Shown one piece after another: positions 1 through 11,600 of a DNA stretch of 64,000 nucleotides. Origin of the DNA: Iphione sp. A-MEVVRFRX5 (lineage: Eukaryota); contig OZ320319.1 in NCBI GenBank assembly GCA_976226885.1, positions 23,002,001 through 23,066,000 on the forward strand, in the 5' to 3' direction. Every line of letters begins with the position of its first letter. Within the stretch, counting starts at the first letter, position 1. The notes under the pieces are model-generated. The model made no database searches and was not told the origin of the DNA. It saw only the letters and a program-made list of their open reading frames with translations. The position numbers and the translations under genes were made by a program.

Positions 1-806
1 AATTTGTTCACTTCAATATTTGTACACAAACGCTGCAGTGCACTCTGCATGTGGGCGCCACACTCTCTCTGTCCGTTGCTGTCTCTGTCTCTGTCTACAA
101 GGACCTTAATTGGCACTTATGTTGAATCTTTGCTAAACCGACACATTGGAAGTGATTCCTTGACTGGGTCGGTGGGGTATGAAAGCCACCTCTGCCGTCG
201 CCTCTGTGGACTCAATCTTCTTGACTGGTTCAGCACATCGCACAGTTGAGGAGGGAGTACTTAAAAACAGACATTAAAGTCCTCGTCCACACAGTTGACT
301 GCTTCTATAATGATGGAGGAGAGAGAGGGTAGGCCGACCAGTTCTGTCCCCCTCCCACCCTACCCCCCCCAGTAGCAAACAGGGAACGTCCAGACCAGCT
401 CCTTCTCGCTGAACCGACCACTCAAGAGTGGTCAGAGGTGATAGTGACGGCCCAAGCATCCTTGTGCCGACCTCCTGACTTATAAGAGGGGGGCTGCGGA
501 GTGGTTGGGGGGTAATGGCAGTCGAAGCACCCTTCTGCACTACCGCAGAAGCATAAAACTCCCCCAAAGTCCAAGATAGTCCTTCTGTGATGTAATAGGT
601 CCAAAGACTGACTCAGACAAAGAATTCAAGGACACATTTACTGGCAACTTTTGAACCTGCAATAGTGGAGGTCATGCTAGCACTAAATTTAACAGTACTA
701 TGAGCAGACACGCCCTCCACTGATAAGGCAAAACTATGAAGACAGCTTGCTTCATAATAAAATTACCAGATGAAGGATTCAAAATGTGTACTTGAGAATC
801 TGAAAA

Positions 807-1115
807 CAGTCGAGACCCTATTTGGGACTACTTTGATTTGCAACCAAATACGACCATTTAAGCTCGGAACCGAAATTTTTCTATACATAACCAGTAAAGT
901 TCAATCAACCAAATTGATTTGCGACCATTTTCAGCCCCTGACGACGCATCTACGGATAATTTTCATCATATCAATCCATTGATTTATTATTGAATATTGA
1001 TCTTTACATATTGAAACTAAGCGGGACCCCATCTCCAGTCGATTTGCAACCAAAGTCACTATTCTGACCATTTGAGCTCGGACCGAGGTGGTGGTCACAA
1101 ATAGGGTCTCGACTG
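807..1115. mobile_element. Tc1/mariner (pogo/Tigger-like) MITE
   Basis: Terminal inverted repeats CAGTCGAGACCCTATTTGGGACTAC / GTGGTCACAAATAGGGTCTCGACTG. TA follows the right end; the left TA is not preserved. Internal GATTTGCAACCAAA and CGACCA motifs recur. Confidence 0.7.
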
Positions 1116-1384
1116 TAGCTTAAATTTAGTTAACCTCAAGCAATGTGCATTTCATAAATTTCAATATCCAGTAAATTACACAACTGACTATTGCTTAAGC
1201 CCGGTATAGATATGCACGGCAGTGCTCCCGGACACCACTGGAGGTATAAGACACTGAGCCTTAAGCGTTGATGATCGCAGCGATCGCCCACCCTGCTCTC
1301 CTTGCCCACGCCAAAGAGTGAAGGCGGTCCTTCTTAGCCTAAACATGCAGTAGCGGGGCTCCTATCTGTTTACAAGCAGAGAAT

Positions 1385-1706
1385 ATCACCCCCTTTTCTC
1401 TCCGTCCCATTTCTTCCCTCTCTTTTTCTCCCTTCCTCTTGTCTCTTCTCCCACAACTGCTTCTTCCCTCATCTCTTCCCCAATATCTTTTATCTATACA
1501 TTCTGCATTCTGCCCCATTTCATCTCTTTGTTCCTTTCAGCTTGTTCTTCTCCTTCTATTCTCCTTCTGTACCTATTGCATTATCTTTCTGAATCCCTTT
1601 CACATGCTCGTTCTTCCTCCCTCTCTGACTCTCCATCAGTCCCTTTTACCTCACTCCTGGCCCCTTCCCTTATTCCCTTTCTCTTCTTCCCGATCCTTTC
1701 TTCTCT

Positions 1707-1757
<51 letters not shown>

Positions 1758-2165
1758 ATCCCTCTCTCTGCATTTCTCCTAGTCTGTTCCTCTCACTCTT
1801 CTCACCTCACCAAACATTCTTGTAACCTTCATGCTCCCTTATCTCTCTCTCCCATCTTAATCCTGTCTTAATCGTTTCTTCTCCTTCCCTTGCTCTCTGG
1901 CCTCTTTCTCCCTCTCAAACTTTTCTCCCCCGGCCCAAGCGTCCTGCTTGCCCCCTTCGTGTCTCCGTCTCTCCTCAGTTTCATCATTCTTTTTTATCAT
2001 TTTCCTCCCTGTTCCTCCTCCCTCTCATTGTTCTTGCTTTTCTCAACCTCCATATTTCCCCTGCTGTTTTCTCTCCTCTTACTCTATCTTTTCCCCTTCT
2101 TCCCTCTCCCCCTCACTCCATGCCTCGCCCTTTCTTTTTCTCTCGTATTCTCTCCTTACTTGCTT
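1385..2165 (+). repeat. Long pyrimidine-rich low-complexity tract including a pure (CT)n run at ~1709-1755
   Basis: Plus strand is heavily C/T-biased for ~780 bp. The L/S/P/F-rich ORFs here are compositional artefacts. Confidence 0.9.
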
Positions 2166-3064
2166 GTACTTATTTGCCGCATCCTCATCCCCATCCAAGG
2201 CCACTACGGGAATGTTAGTGGTCGTGGGGGTGACGGTGGTGGTGGTGGTTGTGGTTAATTTGAGCATTATGACTTGAAACAATCTACTCGTTACCAACAA
2301 CTGAGCAGAACCACAATTGAACAGGATACAGCTGCATCTTATGAAGTAGTTGCTTACCGGGAGATGACTATTTAATAAATTTGAGAGAAATGAAAACCAA
2401 CTATTGAAGTGCAAGGACTCATTTTAATTAATCTGGAGCTTACAGTGATTCATCATAAGTATACGCCAATGTCAAGTAGGTTACTTGGCATTGGCATTTA
2501 ATTACACAACATACCATTTGAAACAGTACTCCTTCATGCAGAGCATGTTTTGTTGACAAAGATTAATACGGTAAAGTATTTAAGTCGTCGATAAATAGCT
2601 TTTCTCCTCGTTGAATATGAAATGAAGTCAACATGTTAGCTCCTGATGGTGCCATGCGTTCTTCCATAAGAAAAAAAAATTGTTTCAGTTTGACTGGTAG
2701 GAACAGTGAACCAGAGTGTATGGACCGAAAACTTGATAGAGCTTTCGCCAGAAATAAAGGGTACAAGTATAAAATGTATGCTCAAAATACAATACATGTA
2801 TATTGCACACTAAACAAAACTTTAGTACCAGCATAGGACACTAGGTGTCTCCCTGAGATACAGCCCAGTGGCGCCACCACAGTCAGCCATCTTGGTTGTT
2901 GTCACTTTTAGTCTAGCAGTCACCCAATTCAGACCTGTCTTGGGATTCTTACTGTTCTAAACTGTCACTGTTCTTTCTTTCTGCTATTTCTATCAGGATC
3001 ACCAAAGGGAGTATTTTTTCTACTTTGCTTTGCTGATTTGTGTTTTGCTTTTGTGATTGTGATC

Positions 3065-5298
3065 ATGGATTTGGCCTCCTCTATCATGGGCATGCCAGTG
3101 GAGCAGCCCAGGCAGCAGCAAAAGAGGGGCAAGAGATCTTCCTCTGGGAGATCTGCCAAAAAGACAAAACAGACCAGTACAGAGGGGGTAGAAAGCTCCC
3201 TCAGTAGTGTGTCTATGGTCTCCATGATTTCTGTAGCTGCCTGTGGTGACCCTGTGGGGTTAACCACTGCTGCGCTGGGCGAAACGCCCGCCCACGGTCC
3301 TGGTTCGACCATGTCGACCGCCGGCGCCCTGGGGGTTCGCGCGCTAGGCGCAACACCCGCCCACGGCACTGGCTCGACCCTGTCGACCGCCGGCGCCCAG
3401 GGTGTTAGCGAATGCGCTGGTAGACTGCGCGAACCACCCGCCCACGGGCTGGGGTTGACTCTGTCGACCACTGGCGCCCAGCGCGAAACACCCTCCCACG
3501 GTGCGGGGTTGACCCTGTCGACCGCCGGCGCCCAGGGTGTTAGCGAATGCGCCGGTACACTGCGCAAACCGCCCGCCCACGGGCTGGGGTTGACTCTGTC
3601 GACCACTGGCGCCCAGCGCGTTAGCGAATGCGCCGGTACACAGCGCGACACCCCCTCTCACGGTGCTGGCTTGACGCTGTCGATCGCCGGCGCCCCGGGT
3701 GTTCGCGAATGCACCGGTGCGCTGGCCGAAACGCCCGCCCACGGTGCGGGGTTGATTCTGTTGACCACCGGCGCCTTGGGGGTCAGCGCGCTGGGCGAAA
3801 CGCCCGCCCACGGTCCTGGTTCGACCCTGTCGACCACCGGTGCGCGGGACGTTCGCGAGAGCGCCGGTACGCTGCGCGAAAGCACCGGTACCTGGGCGTT
3901 CGCGCGCTGTCGACCACCGGTGCGCTGGGAGTTCGCGAGAGCGCCGGTGCGCAGCGCGAAATGCCCTCCCTCGCTCCTGGGGGGTTGGCGTTGTCGACCG
4001 CCGGCGTTAGCAGTATGCTGCGCGACACCCCCTCCTCCTACGGAGGGTTGGCGTTGTCGCGTTAGAGAATGCGAATCGGTCTCGTTGTCGACTTCGTCCG
4101 CCGGTGCTGCATTGGTGGGGGCCCTAGGCCACCCCTTGACTTTGTCCTTTGGAGGAGTGGCCTCAGGCGTTCCTTCGGCAAGCACATTGTCTTCTACCAC
4201 GCAGCATAACCCCCGAACTGATTTGAGTCAGTATGTTTCCTCTTGGGGGCTGGGCTTGCCTAGACAAGCTCAGGGGGCGTTGGCCTCTAGCGGAGTAGGG
4301 GGCGTGGTGACGATTACGTCCTCACCTACGCCGCCGTGCCTTACGCCCGTCCGTAGTTTGCATGCGCTTTCGGATAGCGACTCTGCGGGCGAAATGCGTT
4401 TGCGTGTCTCCGTGGGGTCGCTGTGCGGGCGGGCACAGCAGCCTCCGCCCCAGGCCACTGTGTATCAAACCTTTACGGGTTTGATGGGGTCGGTGCCGGC
4501 CCCGAAAGTGGTTCCGACCTCCTCCGCTCTCCCGGCGACAGTAGTGAGGCAGCAGGATGCTCCTACTGTTCCGCCAGCAGTGCCGGCTGCGCCTCCGATC
4601 CAACCTGCTGTTACTTCAACAGCGTCCGTTGTGTCAACCCCGCAGCGGTTTACGACTGTTCGGTGAAGTTGGTGGACCCCTTCAGGCCGGACTACCTCTC
4701 GGAGGTACGCAAAAGGTACCTGATGCCGGAGGGGGCCGACCACCTGCAGGTGTGCCGGCTCAATGATATTCTATTCTCCAGCCTCCGTGAGAAAGACCAC
4801 CAGTCAACCGAGCGCACGCTGCAGCGCGTTGGTGGCGACGTCATGGGGGGCATGATTGCGGGGTGCAGGGCACTCGAGCATATAGCCCCCATGGCGGAGC
4901 AGCATGCCTGGGCCAAGTCCGCCCAGGATGCTATGGTAGACGCCCTGGTGCAGCTGGGGTCTGCCCACCAATCTCTCATAAAACATCGTAGGGAGCAGGT
5001 GAAACCATCCTTGCCTGCCTCTTTTAAGAGATTGGTGTCTGAGGACTGCCCGCCATCACCGCGGTTTTTGTTTGGTGATGATCTTCTCGGAAAGATCAAG
5101 GTTGTGAAGGAGCATTCTGCTCTTTTAGGCCAGTTTGAGAAGAAGCCGGCCGCTGCTTCGTCGGGGAGACCAAAAAACTCTCGGAAGGGGCGGAGCAGGG
5201 GCAGGGGTCGGGGTGGTTCTCGTGGACGTGGCCGCAACTACAACGTGGCCAGGCAGGTGCCTAACTGCCCACCTCTCCCCTCCCATGTGGGCTTTTAG
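3065..5298 (+). CDS. DIRS ORF1/Gag-like protein split by one frameshift (ORF 3065-4666 overlaps ORF 4423-5298)
   Basis: C-terminal ORF has KRYLMPE..LQV..LND, LVQLGSAHQSLIKHRREQVKPSL, FLFGDDLLGKIK and an RG-rich tail, matching the conserved DIRS gag pattern recalled from family knowledge. The N-terminal ORF starts MDLASSI just inside the left terminus and is low complexity. Confidence 0.7.
3270..3960 (+). repeat. GC/CpG-rich coding minisatellite in the DIRS gag (peptide unit ~ETPAHGxGxTLSTAGAxGV)
   Basis: About eight recurrences of CCCGCCCACGG...TGTCGACC(G/A)C(C/T)GGCGC with variable spacers, with the frame kept open. Confidence 0.85.
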
Positions 5299-8200
5299 TT
5301 CCTTCATCCTCATAGGTTTCATTCTCATCCTATTGCTGCGGGGTTCCTGACTTCTTTGAATAGTGACAACAACCAAGATGGCTGACTGTGGTGGCGCCAC
5401 TGGGCTGTATCTCAGTTAGACACCTCTGTCCTAATACTGGTACAAAGTCAAGGTCACACTTCACTGTAAGTTCGTGTAACCCACTAATTGTGCAGACATA
5501 CTTCTGAGACACAAAGATGAGTCAAACCACAATAATTGTATGAATACCTATCAAACGAATTCATTCATTCGTTCGTTCATTCAAAAGAAAGGGTACTTGT
5601 TTTTTTCTGAAGTGGGGATGGGGGAGAAATGTTTCCTCAAACTTTCATTTCATGAGTTGTTCAAGGATGCCCTGATCATCAAGCACTTCCAAGGTCCCAT
5701 ATGTGAGCAAGAACCCACAAATATAAATACAACCTAACTCTTCACATAATTACAGATTGGACGCCTACATCCTTTTATGATGGGGGTATCTCTGAATGTT
5801 GAACACTGGGTTGAAACAAAAATGTCCTTAGTATAAACTCAAAATACCACCTTACCATTCCTATATTTATATGTCTGTATCCTTACAATGGGAGCATGTT
5901 AATGTTAAAAGGTGGGTTGAGTCCACGTTAAACTGATTTGAAGTCCTCACCAGATGGACACGTGTGACAGTCAATGGCCGAGACTTAATATCCATGCATG
6001 CATATTTTCATGACCACGGCAATGTGTTTTGCGCATGTTTTTTTTTGAAAATATCTACTTAACTACCTACATGTACATGTGTACATGTTTAATATGTTTT
6101 AAGATTGGTAAACTTCCCAATTTTTAAAGCTTGTATGCATGTTTTTAATGAGAACTCCATATGCTAATTTACTAGGGTGATGCAAGGCTTCATTCTCTTT
6201 CCATTACTTTTTTTATTCCCATGCACAACAACGGACAAAGCCTCATTTTGCTCTGTGTCCCGAACGTCTTGGACTGAGGCACCTAACTAATCCTTTCCCC
6301 CCCCCATGTCAACATGGAGAAGCACCTGAACGGCCCTACATGACATGACCTGGCTTATGTTAAGTGGCTTTATCTAAGATAGGTCGGATCTACAGGACAC
6401 CAGTAGCAAGAGATCAGGATACAAATTCTGCAACATATGCACTTACCAACCCACCCCAGGTAACTCACCAGGGAGCGGAACCTAGCAATTTGGGGCAAAT
6501 GGATTATTTTCGTTATCTTTAACTAGTGTACTGGGACAACCATCAGATAGGGAAAAATTGCCCAGTCCAATTGGTGGTCTTAATTCTGAGTTGTTGCAAT
6601 ACACTTAAACCCATTTATGTGACCTCGAACGCGACTAATTCCAGTCAAAACGATGACTTGCGTGATGTCCTGGAAACACTGCACAAAAGTTTGATTTTCA
6701 CTTTGCAGGCTGCTGTTTTTGCTCCGATAAAACATACTGGGCAGGATCTCCATGTGGATGTATGTGGGTCCGCATCTGTGATCACTTTGAAATTGCACTT
6801 ATGGATCAGTTTATGGATCCATAAATATTTATGATCAGAGCTCATAGGGTCATAGGCCTACAGGCCATGCAGAGCCCATAGGCATGTGGGCTCATAGGAA
6901 AGTTAATGTATGAATAAGTGTGCATGATGTCTTATTTTGAATTGTACACACAGAAGGAGCATATACATGTAATGCAAAATCCGTTTTTCTCCTGAAATAT
7001 TTACACAAAATAGGAACATTTTATGAAAATTAATTTTTTAAATTTTCAACATACATAGACACATCAAAAGGTAAACGTGGCTAGACCTAACATGCAACTA
7101 GGTTCTGTAAAAAAATAAAACAAAAAAAACACATAGACACATCTACATACATGGGTCTTCTTTATACTTTATTTGGAAAAATGCATCCAAAACATACATG
7201 CTCATGTTTATACCCCTATCTGTGCTTGCCCCCATGTGCTTCTTTTTCACACGCGATTCATGTAGGGACTATATACACTTACATGGAGATGCATATCCAG
7301 CCTTATAGTGCCGACGTGGATCCACAGTGCATGAAAAAATGAACACGGCTACTTTTTCCACTTGGATCTGTGTACGTGTAAGGTACATGGGCACATGGGC
7401 TCAGTTCCATTCATTATGATTTGCCTGTTACATTGTCTGCACAGTCTCGGGGACCTGTGGACAACGAGGTACTAGTTAGGCCCTCACTCTCTTTCACTTT
7501 CTCCCTCCCTCCTCAACTCCCTCTCCCCGACTCTCTCCCACTTTGCAAAAATCTGCGGATTACCCTGCAAAGTGAAAATAAAAGATATGCGTGCAGTGCT
7601 TTTTGCAAATTGTGCAAATTTCCAGTTAGCACTTAACATATACATCAATCATTCGGTGCTAGATTCGGTGGGACACATGCCATTGTGGACAAGAGAAAGT
7701 AATTTAACGTGAGTACAAGATCTGCAAGATTAATTCACACGACATACAAAATCTATATAAAAATAATATCACTGGGTGTACAATTATCATATTCAACAAA
7801 CTCTGAAATAATACTTATGAAATGGACAGTACTATTCTTGTGCAACTCCATCTCTAATTTGTTCTTCGGTACAACATGATAAAACAAGGTCAACAAAGAG
7901 GTACATCACTGGTCCGATATGACAATATAGGAACTGCGGTATATCATGTATGAAATTTATCATTGTTATTGCTGACAGAAAGTGTAGCACCGGCATTTCC
8001 ATAATTACATATTAGCTAACTCAACAATTTCCTATATTGATTACGTGTACCTCGTCATGGTCCCATTATTATAACGATCTAATAATTACCATTTTTGTGT
8101 TTTTTTCCATAGAGACAGGTGACTACCCCAAGTCAGGCTTTGCAGTTTGCAAGTTAAAAATAAGTATGAACAAGCATGCATGATTCATTAGTTAACATTA

Positions 8201-8680
8201 GAGATCGATTAGATGACATTAAAGATTAAGATTAATTAGTTATCATTAAAGTTACATTATTTCGTTTTTCACGCACTCACCTCACATTACGGTACCTACA
8301 TTTAAAGTCAAAATAGTGGGCTTCTGATGATGAAATTTCTCACAAAGTGACGTCAGAGAACATATATACATGTACATATATATACACGCACTTTGTTATC
8401 AGAGATAATATACCTGAGCTTATCCATGACATGTCCAATTTGAATATCTCAAACTATGTAAGAGGTATGGAATGAACATAAATGTAATTCTCCAAAATAT
8501 TTCTTCAAAATATTATTAGAATTGTAAGCTAATGGTCGTAATACTTTACGTCTGGAACTGGGGCACAACTTTCTGCTATGACCTACATTGGTATATTTTC
8601 CCAGAGTATTGTTCACAGCCTAGTTTTCTGTGGTCCATCTAGTAATATCTGTAGATGTGACTGTGGTCACCCTGCCTCCT

Positions 8681-11600
8681 TCAATCAATATGCTGAGCCA
8701 AAGCCTTGGCCATGAGACGGTCTGTCAACGGAGAGTTCTCCTTCAGTGCTTTACGTTCATATAGGAGTTGTCTGAAGAGAAAGAAACACATGACAACAAG
8801 GCTTAAGAGGCCAATGTCCACACCACACAGTATCACGTGTAGATAAGTAGTCTTCATGAATATTTTGTACGTATTTCATATGTGTATATAAATTTGGTAC
8901 AATATATGCGATATATAAGCAGATTTATTTATGTGAATATAACTCAGTATCCCTCCACCTCAGTGTATGCTGCTATCATATACAGCTTTGCTTGTGAAGG
9001 AAGTGTATAGGCATGTAACAGTGTTTATTCTAAACTAAAGATAGCAGGAAAGTCGACCTGCGAGGCTTAGGGCCCCTGACCATCCAGTCTAATCAAGCAG
9101 AACGGATTGTTTCTGCTTGGATAAGCAGACTGTGATATACAGTGGAGTCTCTTTTTACGACCACCCCTTGGGACTAAGTTCAAATGGTCGTACATGTATT
9201 GATAAATTTGGTCGTAAATAGAGTATTATATGTAGAGAAATGTGGTCATAAATAGAGACTTCGCTGTAGGTCTACTCTGTCTTAATAACAAGCATGATTC
9301 TTTTTGGTGGTTTAAATTAGCGTAAATGACTTGTATAGAACCCAGTGCCAAGCATTCCTACAAGGAACCACTATATTGAAAAAACATCGGCTTATGTGAT
9401 AAAGTGCTATGGGAGTAATAAGTCCCGCAAGATCATGACAGAGGGTCAGATAGTCGGACAGCAGCAACTGCACGTCTCTCTCTCCTCTTCCTCTCGATAC
9501 GAGGCAGGGGACAATGCTAACATAGGTTATTATATATGAATAAATTATTACAATATTAACTTTAGAATACGTTTTCAATTCCTGACATGTGCCCGTAATA
9601 GAGAGTTCTCTGTTTGATTAAGCGCCCGTTATACGAGGATCGACGTAACTGCAGGTCTGTGGTTATCAGTTTACTAGGTTGTCGCTCACCTGGCAAGTAG
9701 CTTGTGCCGCCGTTCTGGAGACTTCATCGCAGTGTGGATAAGAAATTGATTCAATATGTCTCTCTGTAAGATGGAAGAACATGGAGGTACTTTAGTTCAC
9801 GTTTAGTTTTATATATTTACTCTTGCGCAAAAGTCATCATTTTGACAACCATTTCCAGCAGCAAAAATTAATAAAATAATTGCAAAAATGTCTATATTAG
9901 ATACGAGCGCCTTAGGTGGTTGCACTGGGAGTTAAGACAGTCCCTCTTTCGTTTCCTCTCCTTCTCTCTCTCTCTGTCTGTCTCTCTCTAACTCTCTCTC
10001 TCTCGCTCGGTGTGGCTGCAGTTGCTGTGGCACTGGCACAGTACAAGGAGGCGGGGGCTCTGATGACAGTCACTTTTGCTCTGAAGATCCTACACATGAT
10101 CAATATACCCTCAGTGACACTCTTGACAGAGAGCCCCGTACAAACTAGAATCCTGCAGAGAAGGCCAGGAAAGCTCGAATAGACCTGCCTAGCAGTGAAG
10201 GCCAGGGGTCTTCAATACCCCAACCAAGTCCAAGCTCAAGTTCAACTCCAGGTACCGTACTGAAAAGCTGACTGCAGTTAGGAAATATGGAAGGGTTCTA
10301 TAGTGCCGGCAATCGGAGAAATATAAGAAATTGCATCAACTGCTAATAAAATCAACCTTCGGTATATTCAGTCCTACAATAGGTGAAAACAAAACAAAAC
10401 AATACAATGGTGAACAACGTGCAAGTTTCTCAGCGATCGGTCCGTTCTTCATGCAGCCTTTTTACACATACACACCCGATGAAGGGTACACTTGCTACCC
10501 AACTTGTCTGTAGTTAAGTCAATTGATCTTCTCAGTACAAAATAAAGCCAGATCTGTGTGAAGCCTTGGTTCACAGCCTCATCCTCTCTTTTATTTCTCT
10601 AAAATCCTTATAGTAGAATGTTCTATTAACTTGCTTAATTTGTTTGCACCATCCCCAACAAAGATGGATGGTGTGCAACTTAGGCCTACCGTGCCCTGGC
10701 AGTCGGCCAGTAGGCCTATTTCACTTTATGTACATATAATTTTTAGGTCACGTCGAATCCGCTATAATTATGCACACTTATACACGCAAGAACAAACACA
10801 TNNNNNNNNNNNNNNNNNNNNNNNNNNNNNNNNNNNNNNNNNNNNNNNNNNNNNNNNNNNNNNNNNNNNNNNNNNNNNNNNNNNNNNNNNNNNNNNNNNN
10901 NNNNNNNNNNNNNNNNNNNNNNNNNNNNNNNNNNNNNNNNNNNNNNNNNNNNNNNNNNNNNNNNNNNNNNNNNNNNNNNCATAAGTGAGAGAAGGTCTGT
11001 CTCGAAGACAGACGGTATGCTTCTATATATGTATTTCTATGTGTATGGCACGAATATGCACATACATACATACATACATAAATACATACATACATGTACA
11101 TGTATATGTTTCTGTATGTATAGCAAGACCTCATACATGTATACATATACATATACCCTGGCTTTGCAGTTTAAACACCTATGAAACCGTCTGTACCCCA
11201 CGTCCACCGCCAGTCACACAGATTCTAAAAGATACCTACTTGGGCATCGCTGCCACCAATGAGGACGATTTCATAGCGACAGTTATTGAGGCGGTCGGCA
11301 GCCTTGTCGTAGTCACCATTCTCATACGCCACAAGCGCCTTGCAGATCGTCTCGCCTACCGAGGCTGTCACTACACGATTTGTACCGAAGTGTGATGTGC
11401 TAATATTGGAGATCAAATAGGAGACAATCATGATGAGATTAAAAGTGACCAAACTCCATATGGTGGATGCCATTTTGTCGCATTCGTCAGTGAGAAAAGG
11501 TCCATTTTTCAGAACATTTATAAGGAAAAAGATGAAGGCTTTGTTCACGTCAGCAGTGCGTGATGAAACTGTTCTGCAATAGTCGTTGGTGATCCTCCTG

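Larger units (their letters stand above)
2819..5448 (+). mobile_element. Non-autonomous, gag-only DIRS-type (tyrosine-recombinase retrotransposon) element with imperfect inverted terminal repeats
   Basis: 2853-2906 is a perfect 54-bp reverse complement of 5362-5415. The outer ~33 bp are diverged inverted copies (ACTTTAGTACCAGCATAGGACA.. vs ACTTTGTACCAGTATTAGGACA..). The internal ORF carries DIRS gag-like motifs. No RT, RNase H or tyrosine recombinase ORF is present. Confidence 0.75.

Noticed and set aside
1-660. Possible minus-strand terminal exon (acceptor near 656) and short ORFs
   Set aside because: All frames stop early and none resembles a known family.
2965-4200. Long antisense ORFs over the DIRS gag repeats
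   Set aside because: Expected shadows of a GC-rich coding minisatellite, with no independent support.
10020-10255. Exon-like plus-strand segment inside a TTC38 intron
   Set aside because: Contains an in-frame stop and a frame change, and has no partner exons.
10743-10988. ORFs spanning the N gaps (also 52579-52854)
   Set aside because: Artefacts of translating Ns.
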